From Ramazzottius varieornatus (lineage: Eukaryota; Animalia; Tardigrada): a DNA stretch of 64,000 nt. The first letter of the stretch is position 1; the number at the start of each line of letters is the position of its first letter. The stretch is from contig BDGG01000003.1 of assembly GCA_001949185.1 (NCBI GenBank), forward strand, positions 1,338,725 through 1,402,724. Direction: 5' to 3'. Below the pieces are notes generated by a model. The model saw nothing but the letters and a program-made list of their open reading frames with translations. It was not told where the DNA came from and ran no database searches. The position numbers and the translations under genes are program-made. Below, one piece after another: positions 28,623 through 41,085 of this stretch.

Positions 28623-28865
28623 ATTGCCACCGCGGGACGAAAGTCCGATTGTAGCTACAATGAGCTGCAACGTCACTCATAAGCGGAGCAGTTGATCCTA
28701 ACTATGAATAGTTGGGCAGCCACCTTGCTTCACAATGCTAGCTAACCGTATATCTCATTACGATTTTTTTCCCAGAATAAGGGGAGCTTCGGAAAGCAAA
28801 ATGTAGTGACACGTCATAAAAGGGGCGGAGCAAGCCTTAGCTACAGTCGGAAAGCGAAAGGGATC
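28623..28865. mobile_element. Degenerate copy of the TTAA-flanked MITE at 45448-45702
   Basis: Colinear similarity over ~240 bp (GAAAGTCCGAYTGTAGCTA...CAATGCTAGCTAACCGTA...AATAAGGGGAGCT). Confidence 0.85.
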
Positions 28866-29190
28866 GTACCACAAAATAACGTTTCCATAAAACGCTGTTT
28901 CTTATCAAATTACAATAAGATCAAAGTTCGAAATGTCATCTGGCACGATACTGAGCTGAAATATCAGGAGTCAGTTCATCCAGCTGCAGAGTCTGTGATC
29001 TTTGGACAATCTACACTTTTCTATGATAATGCATATGACATGGTTTTAAATGGTGGATGGCTCATCGGCGTATCATAGTTAGCGCTGTAGAATCTTTCAT
29101 CTTACTTTTATCTACGTAGCGTTAATGTCGTTAGGAGATGACGTGCCTTTGAACGCTCATGACAGGTGTGGGAACGGTGGCGGAATTTGT

Positions 29191-29622
29191 TCATGAACAG
29201 ATCATACTACTCAAGATAGACATCTTTGGGCAAACGGAGTAATCAGCGTGCTTAGCAGGTAGAACGTAACAGTAGGGATCTTGTTCTTCGTTGTGCTGAC
29301 GGAGAATAACCGACTGGAGAGGGCAAACTTTTGGTGGAGCTCTCTTTTGAACAACGACTCGACCATTTGGATACGTTATTTCGATGAACGTATCGTTCAT
29401 ATCCCAATACTGCAATAATTCGCCCTAGCGCAGGTACTGTAATAGTCGCCGACCTTTGCTATCCTCCGAAGCAGCAACGAACTGGCAGTCACTTGCACGG
29501 AAGTATTCGATAAAAACACGGCTCGGATCATTACGTACGGATGCAGTGCACGCTTCTGAACAGCTCAATTTCAGCAGGAACAGCAAACATGCTATGGTTA
29601 ACTTGAGAAACAAATGGTCCAT
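29191..29622 (-). pseudogene. Intronless Cys-containing secreted-protein-like ORF interrupted by one in-frame TAG
   Basis: ORFs 29425-29622 and 29191-29415 are in the same frame, separated by TAG plus 3 codons. The N-terminus MDHLFLKLTIACLLFLLKLSCSEA resembles a signal peptide. No family recognised. Confidence 0.45.
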
Positions 29623-30348
29623 TGGAAAGTGCTCTGTGGGGTATGAGCAAGTGTTACCCGGGCGAAGTCTGGCTCATTTTCGTAGCGACCGGCGGTTAAC
29701 TCAAGTACCCTGTCACACGTAACGTGAACCACAGGGAGTGTACATGACACTCCATTGCAACGGCAGCCGCTCGGCGCGGTACCGAGGCAGACTGTACTTG
29801 TACGTCCAAGGAATGTCGAGTGCGAATCCGCAGTAGCAAACGGAATGAATCGTGTTTCGTACCGAACACGTTGTTCGTACCGAACACGTTATACTCCATT
29901 TCTCTGCACTCGATTCCTGGGAAACAATGGCAGTTCCAAATTTCCACTCTTGTTTCCCAATTCGCCACATCCCGGGTAATGGAGAATAGGGAAACGTTTC
30001 CCAAACTGCGCGGATCATGCTTTCTATATCCATGATTCATGTTTCCGCACTCGTTTCCTACCACCTGATCCATTACCCGTGATCTGGGCAATTGAGCTAT
30101 TATACTAAAAATCGTGATCGATCTACCGAAGCATGATAAGTATCATAGGCCACATCCCAAATCGAGTTCTGGCTGAGACATGGCAAGTATCATGGAGTTT
30201 AATACAAGCTTAAGGCAAGAACATGGCGCGTCGAAGTTCAACAGGAAAACTTTATCGAGATCCACTACACGCACGCAACACATATAGGCAACATAGTCAT
30301 CAAAATTAACGGCAGCAGACGGTGTCGACAGACAACCTCTGAAAAACG

Positions 30349-30999
30349 TAAGGATGCCCATTCCGCCTGACCAGCTCCCTGGAACGGAATTTGGAAAGGA
30401 ATTCCTATTATACCTATGTTCCTATTTTCCGCTTCCAGAACGGCCAGGCACGAAAGTCGGAATTCCAGTATTACCATTTAGAAACTAGGAAAAACCAAGG
30501 AAAACAGATTTTGACTCTGTAACAGCTATACGATCAACATTTCAGAGGGAGAAAACAACTGGACCCACATCTCTTCAACGACCGACGATTTGTATCCAAA
30601 GTGAGAAACACAACAAGACTGCTAACGTTAATAACTTCGCTCGAATTTACAGGTTCCTCCTCTTTCAGGGACATAGCGACGACATCATAGGGAACCTAGG
30701 AGCAAAGCGGTACTTTTTACAGCTGGTGCACCGGCTGTAAACATGAGTATAATATGATCAGAAACCAATTCAGCACATTACGTCAGCTGGGCTGATAAAT
30801 TACACAGTAATGAAGGTCGATTGATAGATACACTGACAGAGAGCCGAATTCCGATTTCCGACAGGCGGAATTCCGGTCCAAGGCTTATATTCCGACTCGG
30901 AATTCCACCGTTCCAAATCGGGCCCAGCCGGAACGGAGCAGAATTCCCATTTTCCAGGCGGAAAACGGAATGGAACGGAAAACGGACTGGGCATCCTTA
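30349..30999. mobile_element. hAT-type MITE
   Basis: TIR TAAGGATGCCCA...TGGGCATCCTTA, subterminal GGAA/TTCC repeats, degenerate 8-bp TSD GAAAAACG/GAACAGCG. Confidence 0.8.
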
Positions 31000-31071
31000 G
31001 AACAGCGTGCAAAGTGGTATTTCTATAATTACAAGTACACTGAGAAATTATGGGACAGTAAGAGTTATGGG

Positions 31072-31683
31072 CAGACCTGCGGAGCTATTGATTTTTGCCT
31101 CGAAGTTCAGCTAAAGCTGAGCTTTCTCCGGACGAGCTGAGCTAAACAAATTTCTGTGCAGCAGGAAGTTGTATAAAAACAGCGGACTCCGCATTTGTTT
31201 ATCTATCACTGCCAAGAATAAGGGTTCGTCGGCCAACCAAAACTTCCAGGAGATCAGAATTGATATTACAAAACAGGAGCACCTCAAAATTCCTATCACT
31301 AGTCGAAGTCGACGATCTCGTAAAATCTGACCGGAAAGAAACGTTCTATTCGGATTCCGGGCAAAGATAAAACCAGAGTAAACAAATCACCGGAAGAGAT
31401 CAAAGACGCATGGACAGATATTTACCCCATTAGGATACGTAATGGGAAGTGCCGAATCAATCCACGCAACGTGAATGAAGCCCTACAGTTAGCTGCGACT
31501 CCGAAAGTTCACGGATCAAATCCGAAAATTCTCGTTTTTCGTGCTGCTCAGCTCAACCGGCCGTGCGCAAGACTAGAGCTGAGCTAGCGGCGGTCAAGCT
31601 AAAGCGGAGCAAAGCTAAATAGCTCAGCTCAACTCCATAGCTCAGCTCTTCGCGAGCTAGCCAAAACTAGCTCCGCAGGACTG
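31072..31683. mobile_element. hAT-type MITE
   Basis: TIR CAGWCCTGCGGAGCTA, perfect 8-bp TSD GTTATGGG (31064-31071 and 31684-31691), subterminal AGCT repeats. Confidence 0.9.
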
Positions 31684-31695
31684 GTTATGGGCCAG

Positions 31696-33828
31696 GAACA
31701 AACTACAGGGACTCGGAAGTGACGTCAGAAATTTATGCCAATAACGTAGAACCGTGATGTCTCGTAGGTCCACGTTAGACCTAACAAACAAACCCTGAAG
31801 CCCATCAGTAAACAAACTTGTTACGGCAAATAGATAGTACAGAAATGATGAGCGTCATAAAAGTGATGGAAGCAAAGACGGGCCTTGCACCACCCGCCAA
31901 CCAGAAGAACAATGTCTCTGCAGTTCTCGTGAAGACAACTGCCTTTCAGCTTATCAAACATAAACTTGGCTGGATTAACATACATGAAACGTTCGTCGGT
32001 ATATCCCGACTTATGCCAAGCTTCAGCTATCAAATTTTCGAACCTGGGCGACTGAAACAGTTGATACAGCAAAGCGTGCAATCTCAAAATCACATCGCGA
32101 TGATGCACTTGAACGGGTAAATCGTGCAAAAAGACAAAGTCGGATATCTTCTTGAAGCAGCCTTTGTACATCCTAAAGCATAACACATCCAACGGTTGAA
32201 TTTGACCGGTAACTTTCGGAGGGGTGGTCAGCATTTCGTACTCCAGCTCTTCCGGTTTCAGTTCAATCACAGAATCTTGATCGGTGAAGGTCTTCCACGC
32301 GTCGGCCAAGAAAATGCACCGCTCTTCCATATGAGGGAAAAGAACTTTTTCTGACCACTGTAAGTAGAGCTTCTTGGTCATCTTCCCGGATGTCGAAGCA
32401 GTGACATACAGATTATCAGCCTTGAACATCGTTCTCGACACGATTGGACCAAACACTCCTTTCTCTTCCTTCAGCGTTAGGAAAAGAACAGGAAACTTAC
32501 GCCTGCCCGGGGAGACCGCCATCATCACAGTGTAGCTATGTGTCATGGAATTCTCCGACTGGGTGATCGCTTCCACGTGTTTTACTCCAGCAGTTTCCAA
32601 AGTTCTTCCTGGTCTCATCTCATATTCAAAGCCTGACTGATCCGCATTCCACAGACAGTCTAACCCGTACTCTGCGATCCTTGATCTGACAAGCGCAACG
32701 CAGGCTTCAGTACTTTCCTTGACGTGAGGCGCTTCTTGTATGGATTTCTTGGTGATGAACTTGGTTATTTTCCGGTCAACGATCCCATAATATCTAGAAA
32801 ATATTAATTTCGTTTTTGAAGGAAATCGAAGCACAAAAACTGTTGGTACCGTTTGAGATTTCCGATCCAGTCTGGGGAAGCAGTGAAACCGGCCAAGTTC
32901 ACCGTTTCGTTCGCAGTGAGAGCCCATCGACGTAAGTCCAAATCCTTGACCACTTGCTTTTCCTTTTAGCGAGGAAGAACTGCTCACCGACATCCAAACG
33001 TAGAGCCTTCAACTTGTCCAGCCTGGAACCGCCTTCCACTACCTGCTTTTCCCAGTCGTACAGCTGCCGTATGCTGGTTACTTTACCAAAACTTCTCCGA
33101 ACAGTGGCCAACGTGAGACGCTTCTTCTTCACGGCGTTTCTCCAGTATGTAATCGCACGTTTCTTGTGCTCCAAGTTGACTAACTGATCCACTGGAAGCT
33201 TGGGGTTAGGAAGTCGTGGGATGTATAGCTCATGGGGAGAAGGTTCAGTTCCGCTGGAAACAGGCTCAAGCAGTCTATCAGGTTCCGTAACGTCGAAGTC
33301 AGCTTCACTCCGGCCATTCAGCAGGTTGCACTGGACAACAGATGCTTCGTAATCTTGAAAATGACTCGACGCGGATCTGCAGATCATACTGGAGGTCTTC
33401 TTCAACGGCATACACAGGAGTAACACTTTGGGTGATCTTCGAGTCGATGAAATCTAGGAAAGATTACGAATCAAAGTAGTATCTTTTTTGTTTTTGAGCT
33501 CCAGTGCACAGCCAGATTACCTTTAACTATGTCCTTGAACTGCCTATCAGCTTCGCTTGGAAAGTCGTCGATACAGTAGTGCAGTTTGTAGTCCCATTCC
33601 AGCAGCTGGATAACATTCAGCAAGTTGATGGATTCCATTTCAGAGAAGCGCAGGAATGAATGAGAAAATGAGAGAAGGTTGAAAAACAACAGAAAACTTG
33701 ATGAGCAGGAAGCACAGGCTCAATCAACAACCGAATCAACCATCGAACAATCAAGTCTTGATTGTTCATTACTCTGCTTATATACCGCCCTACTTTTGAC
33801 GTCACTCCCGAGTCCCTGTAGTTTGTTC
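31696..33828 (-). mobile_element. Tc4/Tc5-type pogo-related DNA transposon with frameshifted, intron-containing transposase
   Basis: ~35-bp TIRs GAACAAACTACAGGGACTCGGRAGTGACGTCARAA. Transposase fragments span 33640-31821 with NADQSGF, SMTHSYTVM, LADAW and PPKVTGQIQPLDV (DD37D by count). CAG is duplicated on both sides. Confidence 0.88.
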
Positions 33829-34133
33829 CAGGATCGACGCGGGATTTAGCTCATGGCTCAGATCCTGAAAGAGACTCTCCTCTCTCGTTCCGCCAGGACA
33901 GTTTGACCAAAAAGAGGTGGGGACAGGCATAATCCCCTCGTGAGTATCATCGCGATTAGCGATTCTACCTTGGCTTGGCACGATATGTTCCGGTGACCGT
34001 TAAAGCGTGAGTGTGAGTAATCGAGAGTTCACGGTTGATTGTGTATTACTCTCTACGTGGAAGTCGACGAAAGTCTACCATGATTTGCAAAATTCGCAAA
34101 ACGCGCAAAATTCTCCAAATCTGCACTTCTGCA

Positions 34134-34281
34134 TACTGAAAATATTCGCTGCATCCGCGCAGTACGTACACGTACAGGATGATGCACCCCCGTACGGGGT
34201 TGCGCAGTCTGCCAACCAGACTGGGGCCGTACTTCACGTTCACGATGACGTACTATGCGGATACTGCGAATAATTACAGTA
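34134..34281. mobile_element. ~148-bp Tc1/mariner-type MITE (second copy at 59232-59380)
   Basis: TIR TACTGWAAATATTCGC.GC.TCCGCGCAGTAC, TA at the ends, internal GATGCACCCCCGTA shared with the 59232 copy. Confidence 0.85.
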
Positions 34282-35009
34282 AATCCTATTTTATTAGGCC
34301 TTTACCTATGAATTTGCGGTTTTCGTCGGATTAGCCTTAAGATCTTTTTGCGATTTTGTTTAACGACTTTCAAAGTCTAACTTAGGGTGTATGTTACCAG
34401 CAGTCTTTTGTCAATTTTCTGAAAGAGAAAGACAGCCGCTATAAGCGTCCTAGGGAAAAAGGAAATTTGTGGAACGAAAGGAGGACACTCGAAACTGAGT
34501 CTCATTCGGAATTCTTTCTTCTCGACAGCGGCGGTCTGATCCTAAAAGTGTTCGGTAGTTTGGTACTAAGTAACTCGGGCTATGGAACGAAGAAAACAGA
34601 GCATGGAAAGTCGGCCTGCAAAATTTCCGAAAGAAGACTTACTGGAAAAAACGGGTGGTGCGCAGCGTTGGCTGAGGTGCGCAAGTAAAGTCTGGTATTC
34701 GATTTCTGATTTTTCCTGTCTCACGACTTTGACCGATCCTTTAGCTGTTGTGTTACGGAACACTGCTGATGTGTCTCCTAACACTGCTCCAAATTTGGGA
34801 AGGATTGATCGCCGAGGAGTCTTGGGAGACCGTCATATAGCTATACGAAAAGGCAGCGCCCCATTATGGCCCCCATACCGGCTGCACGGCCTTGTCATGA
34901 CTTGTTGATCGGGACGTCACGAGCGTAATTAACCTTTGTAGAAGCAGCGATCAGCTGTTCAACAGAACTGTAGCCACCTGAGCAGGGCCGTAGCGGCCTG
35001 CTGTGCTGG

Positions 35010-36020
35010 GATAAATATGATATATCGTATCTTATCGAAATATATCACATCACAGTGATTCGATATGACAAAAATATCATATCGAAATATCGATATCGAC
35101 GGAATATCGCTGAGCGGAATATGATAAGTGAAAATATATCGCGGTATATCGATATATTTCTGATATATCGATAAATCGCAAACCCGCACTTGAGACTCTG
35201 AACTTCGGAAGTCAATACTCCGGTTCGGTACCGCGCAGGCAGCGCAGCCTCGCCGTAATGTATCGCGCACATGCATCCAGGTTGACTTCGGAGAAGTGAA
35301 CATTCAGCGTACCCAGGTGCGTAAAGACAGACCTTGATAGAGTGAAAAACGAACACACTCGCGTACACAAAGATATCTGACTTTTGTTCTGACTCGAACG
35401 TAGCGAACGACAGCCGTTTGGTTTCTCTTTAGCTCTTTCTTGATTCCGATAGTTTTCAACATGGTACTGGGTTGATATATCGATACATCACTGCAATACA
35501 ATTCGATATATCAACAATAAAATATCAGAAACGTATCATATCGAAATATCGATACGTGGTTGATATCTAAAACGAAATATAAATATTGAAAGATATTTAT
35601 CAGAAAATATCATATCGTACTTTGAGAGAGCTCCGCCCAAAAGGCTGGCATTCCAGCGGAGCTTTAGAATGAATCATAGACCACTTGAGTCATCGTAGAA
35701 AGCTGTTCAGGCATTCTAAAGCCCTTAAANNNNNNNNNNNNNNNNNNNNNNNNNNNNNNNNNNNNNNNNNNNNNNNNNNGCCTTTTGGGCGGAGCTCTCT
35801 CAAAGTACGATATGATATTTTCTGATAAATATCTTTCAATATTTATATTTCGTTTTAGATATCAACCACGTATCGATATTTCGATATGATACGTTTCTGA
35901 TATTTTATTGTTGATATATCGAATTGTATTGCAGTGATGTATCGATATATCAACCCAGTACCATGTTGAAAACTATCGAAATCAAGAAAGAGCCAAAGAG
36001 AAACCAAACTATCGAAATCA
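35010..36020. repeat. GATATATCG-rich repeat region, including a ~215-bp inverted duplication flanking the gap at 35730-35779
   Basis: 35430-35645 is the near-exact reverse complement of 35780-35995; ATATCG arrays resemble subterminal repeats of DNA transposons. Confidence 0.8.
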
Positions 36021-36089
36021 AGAGGTGCACCGTTTGAAATTCCAAGTTTCATCACTTCTTTATCTCACTACCTGTCTTTTATTTCTAGA

Positions 36090-37898
36090 TAAGGTGGAAC
36101 AAGCTTGTCCTTTCTGGAGCCGCTTACCTCCAGTATTCCTTGACAGTCCCAAAATGGTTATGCCGTATGCAGCAGACAATACGGACGCAACAGACGATGC
36201 AGAGCAGTTCCTAATGAGCAGCGGACAGGAACTGGAAGCTGACCTACTAGATCTAGACGTATCGTCTATAGTAGCCTTGCTGATCAACCTACGTCACCCG
36301 AAGCGTCTGATGCACGAGAAGTTCCGGCAGCACAACCTGGAGCTTCAACGTCAAACAAGAAACCAGTGACAGTCCTTTTAGGTTCATATCCTTCGTCAGA
36401 TGATGATTCCAAGGCTGACGCAGGCTGTGGAAAGCGGAAGAAAACCAAGCCGAAGGTTCTATTGACTCTGAGCGCAAACAAGATGCCCTTTTCTTCGCGA
36501 AGGAAGTTCCTCAGCTGCGACTGGGCAGTCGAGGGCTAAGAGAGCAGGAAGCTGGATCTGGGAGCCGAGAAGATCGATATATCCCGCAGGGGAATGCTGG
36601 CACTAGAAAAGACAGCTGAATATCAGCACGAAGAACGCATGGAAGCACTGAGCGTGCAACGACTAGAAGCCGAATCCAGACGAACAGAAGCGCAGTAAGC
36701 AAATCTCTTGTCACAGATTTAACTTGTCAGCATCAACAGCAGCCATAGAAGAAAGATCTTCAACAACAGTTATTCCACGTATCCATGTGCTTCTATTATC
36801 ACTTGTTTAATAAGCTCTCTCTTCTGATTTCCCTCTGTTACAAACTTCTTTTGAGTAGCTGCATGATCTTCTTCTGCTTCCGAGTCTTGCTCTTCATTTG
36901 AATCATCATTCCACTCAGGTTTGTAGTAGTCTTGCGTCAGTAGATTATGCAGCAAGCCCGAATCCAGTAAACGTTCTTTCGATGGTCGTCAGCATTATTC
37001 AGAACATTTCGAAGTCTTTTCAGGCGCCGTTCACCATACCATTGCATCGTTCTACCTTGAAACGGACCTCCAATAGTCGATAGTTGAACTGCTCGTTCTC
37101 CTCCCTCAGAGCGGCAGTTTACTTGTAGGAGGAAGTGACGTTAGGAGTGTCCGTGTACGCACTATCAGCCAGTATGTACTCTCCGCCGCTGAATAACTCA
37201 TTAGGAAACTTCGAGAGCTTGGAAATGGCGAATACGCGGTTGTCATGCGCGGACCCACAAAATCCCGCAATCAAATACCTGATCCGCTTCTGATCGTCAC
37301 ATACAATTGGCGTTTTGATTCCATACCTGGACTCATGACTGAAGTAGTCCGAGCCTTCCATGTTGCGCTTGTTAGCGAAGTCCACGAATTTACGACAGTT
37401 TGGAAATGCTGATTGTTCAAAGATCCGTTTCTGCATGGACTTCTTCTCTGCAGAATCTGGCCAGAAAACCACGTCTTTCTCCATGCTGAGCAGTGCCACA
37501 ATAACTCTGTTGGTAAATAGCCCGACAGCCCCTTCTGACACACCGAAATGACGTACCACTTTACCAACAGCAGCGCCGTTACCTGAGCACCCAAAAAGAA
37601 ACAGTGCTACCACCAGTTGGAGCTCAATGGGACGTTGGGGATTCCGCAATGCGTTACTGAACACGCGATGTGTTGACAAACGGTTCACGAGATCCGTAAA
37701 AACTACCCTCGACATACGGACATCTTCTTTAAAGCGAGCTTCGTTTAGTTTACTCAAAATGCTGTCCACAAAACGGGTGCTTTTGGGAACGAAGGATCTT
37801 TTGTGGATGTATCCACACTTCTTCAAGATGCGACGTCGAGCTTCAAGTACGGTCACTTCCATCGTCGCTGCTGCTCGACTCGGCGGAATACTGGTCAC
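36090..37898 (-). mobile_element. PIF/Harbinger transposon relic (HARBI1-like DDE transposase pseudogene plus convergent degenerate second ORF)
   Basis: ORF 37119-37898 has FKEDVRMSR..F, QLVVALF, VCDDQKRIRYLIAGFCGSAHDNRVF and YILADSAY, continuing through a stop into the VE..NG.VNGA*K region and LHNL. Frameshifted charged/coiled-coil ORF pieces on + at 36090-36800 fit the Myb/SANT partner position (inference). Confidence 0.85.
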
Positions 37899-38196
37899 TC
37901 GTTTGACGACGACACACAGAAGCCAGCAGATGAGTGTAAAAATCCGATACGATGGTCACTCTTCTTGAGAATAAGGGTTCTTTCCTTCAGCTGAGGCTGG
38001 TTCGCAGGACAATCAAGAAACGCGTTGTGCCAATAGGAATATGTGAAGTTCAAAATAGAAATCGGAATGTTTGGAAAATTACACGTTCGGGGCTTTGAAG
38101 TTGGAAGTAGACCGTTCAAAGTGTCACGATTATCTCGGGGATTTGATTGCTTGGAATAAATAGTGGGCGGATCCACCAAAAAGATCAGGTTAATTA

Positions 38197-40816
38197 AGGT
38201 CGGGATCACAACAGGGAGGGGAGCACTCTCGTACAGAGAAATTTCTGAGCCGCTGCCCAGATCCCTTCCTAGAGAAAATCTTGAGCGATCTTCCGACTTC
38301 GGAAATCGTTTTGCATGTTTTGATTGACAGGATTTGCTCTTGGTCATCCCGCCATCGGGGATATTTTTCTTGATTGTCCGCACGCTACAGACCAACCCGC
38401 CCACCGTGGACTTTGGACTCTGACGTCAGTCAACCTGTTTTGAAAGTTTTGTCCCATACTTCCGCGTTTTACATCGGGTACCACAGCAAGCGCCCAAGCC
38501 GTCCGCAGTCTTTACAGGAAAAGTTCTACGTTGTAATGAGGGTTCGGCTTATTTATGGTAATGGGGGATAATTATTTTCTTTGAATCTACAAAGTACTAC
38601 GGGCGTGGGACGAATTTCGTAATCAAGCGGGACACGGTAAAGACACTAAAACGGAAGCAAAGCTAGGTCATTGTCATCGTCAAGATCTTGATCCAGGGGC
38701 TCTAGGTCTCCGCCCTCTTCAGCAACGTCCTCATCGGCTTGCTCGTCACCAACTGCCTCAATGCGGTCTTCCTTTGTGTCGATATCCCAGTAGTCATCCT
38801 CAAGCTTGATGCAATGGGCGAAGAGCTTGGGGAAGTCTTCTGGCTTGAAGATATTAGCAGATTCTTCTCACAGCTAGATCAGGTCAGGCAGCCTTCTGGT
38901 GGTGTTTTGCTTGGCGAAATACCTTTTGCGGCGGGCCCAGCATTTTTCAATCGGGTTGAAGTCACAGTGGTAGGGCTGCAGACGAACTGTCTCGATGCCT
39001 TCTTCGGTCTTCAAATAGTCATCCATGTAGTATCTGTCGCCCACGTGATTTTTCAGAAAGTCCGTCACCTTCTGTCACAGCTCGGCCACCAGTTCTCGCG
39101 CACCGAACTCGATCCTATGGTCAGTCAGCCACTGCTGGATTTCTTTCTTCACTCTCTTGGGTCTTCTGAACTGTGGCATCAAGCGGGAATGATGACTTGC
39201 GTTATCCAGCACGATCGCAACCGTGTCATATCCGTGGAGCCGAGCAAATTCTTTCAAACGGGGAACCACCACCTCCTTCATGAACCTAAAACCATAACAG
39301 CCAAAATTTATCATGACGTCATCGAAAACTTGAAGCATTGGCATTCCGTCACGGTAAGGGTTTCATCAGAAATTCTTTCGCAATCAGAAAGACCCAGTCG
39401 ACATCTTCATTTCGTCTGCTCGGACCGGAAAGATCCAACCAATGGTTTGCGAGATATGCTCAAAAAACTCAATTTTGACCCACTGTCTTTTCCTTTTCTC
39501 AAAATCAAGCCACGTGATTGACCTGGTGCAACGAGCAAATCTCTTTCCGACTGAAAAGACCATCAAAACAGATCATACAATATTTTAACTGATTGATTTG
39601 ACAGACTGGCTTACTTCTCGTAGTTTTGGTAGTTGAAATTCCCGTGGCAGCCCTCAGTGTACTTTGAGGCTCCCCAGATAAGTCCACATCCGGGAACGAA
39701 TCCCCCATCCATCACCACGTCGAACCGCTCGGATGTAACGGATACGCCTGACTTTGAGGCTTGGGGCCAAACAGGTGTTTAGTGGACCGATCCCGATATC
39801 GGAAGCCCATTCGACGTAACACATGATACATCGTGGATTTCGACACCTTAACACCGACTTCCTCCTCCACCAATGGCAGTAGAGATTCCACCGTGATGTG
39901 TATCTTACTCTTGTACTCCCGGTGAATGATCGCACGAATTTTCCCGTATTCCGACTCCTTAACAAGTGCCGACCGACGCCCGCGACGCCCTCCATTTCTT
40001 CCGCCTCGACCACCGGGTCCAAGGTTTCATTTACGTCATCTTCCGGAACGGTGTTGCTCTCGACTGCAGTTCCGCTCGGTGGACCAGTTATCAAATCCCA
40101 GTTCGTAGTGATGTTCTGGATGGTGCGTGGACTTCGCTGGCACAGATGCGCGATTGCCTTACGGCGACCTGCCAGAGTGGTCAGAGTATATTTATTCGAC
40201 CCAAAAAACGACTGACCCAGCACTTTCCATAAATGAGCAATATGCCTCACATCCACGGGATACAGAGAAGAACTGGAAGACGTCTCTCAGCTTCCTGTTA
40301 GTTTTGTCGGACTACGGTATACGCTATTGTAGAACACTGTGGTCCATTTGAAAACTGAGGAGACGGTTTTCGCTTGTATTTGACGGAAGCTCTTACCTCT
40401 CCAGTTTTTTCCTGGCTGACTCTTCATACTCCAGCTGTGATAGAAGACAACAAAGAAGTTGTCTCGACTCTATCGTTTTCCAACGTGCAGCATGAAGGTC
40501 AGATGCCAGAAGGCCGATAAGAATATCGTCTGTGCCGGTACCTTTTACATTTCGCGCACACAACAGACTTCATTTTTTGCCTGCTGACGTCAGAGTCCAA
40601 AGTCCACGGTGGGCGGGTTGGTCTGTAGCGTGCGGACAATCAAGAAAAATATCCCCGATGGCGGGATGACCAAGAGCAAATCCTGTCAATCAAAACATGC
40701 AAAACGATTTCCGAAGTCGGAAGATCGCTCAAGATTTTCTCTAGGAAGGGATCTGGGCAGCGGCTCAGAAATTTCTCTGTACGAGAGTGCTCCCCTCCCT
40801 GTTGTGATCCCGACCT
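38197..40816 (-). mobile_element. IS630/Tc1-mariner element with long TIRs, DD85E (Sailor-like) transposase pseudogene
   Basis: ~233-bp apparently identical TIRs (38197-38429 and 40584-40816), TA on both flanks. Transposase remnants VLDNASHHS...KKEIQQWL...VRLQPYHCDFNPIEKCWA with in-frame stops at 39075 and 38874. Confidence 0.88.
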
Positions 40817-40880
40817 TACGTCATCTTATTGCTCTCACGATCAACTAGAGACGTCGGCTGCCAGTATATCTCAGTCATTA

Positions 40881-41085
40881 TACTGTATTCCCTCGATGGT
40901 CTCGCGAATCACGTCATCACGCCAGTAAAGTACACCCGCACTGACATCACTGACTGTCGGATTGTCTCCCATCACGGGACCTGATTGGCGAATAAACGTT
41001 GATTGAAGGCATAGACATTTTCCATCCCCGCCGGGTAATACGTCGACCGTCACGTGATTCGCGAAACCATCGAGGGAATACAGTA
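40881..41085. mobile_element. pogo/Tigger-like MITE inserted at TA within the Tc1 relic
   Basis: TIR TACTGTATTCCCTCGATGGTYTCGCGAATCACGT on both ends. Confidence 0.88.

Noticed and set aside
38739-39521. 260-aa + strand ORF
   Set aside because: It is the antisense shadow of the minus-strand transposase; no recognisable motifs.
37895-40848. Duplicated ORF MGGLVCSVRTIKKN... (38404 - and 40609 +) as a gene pair
   Set aside because: Both are translations of the two TIRs of the Sailor-like element.
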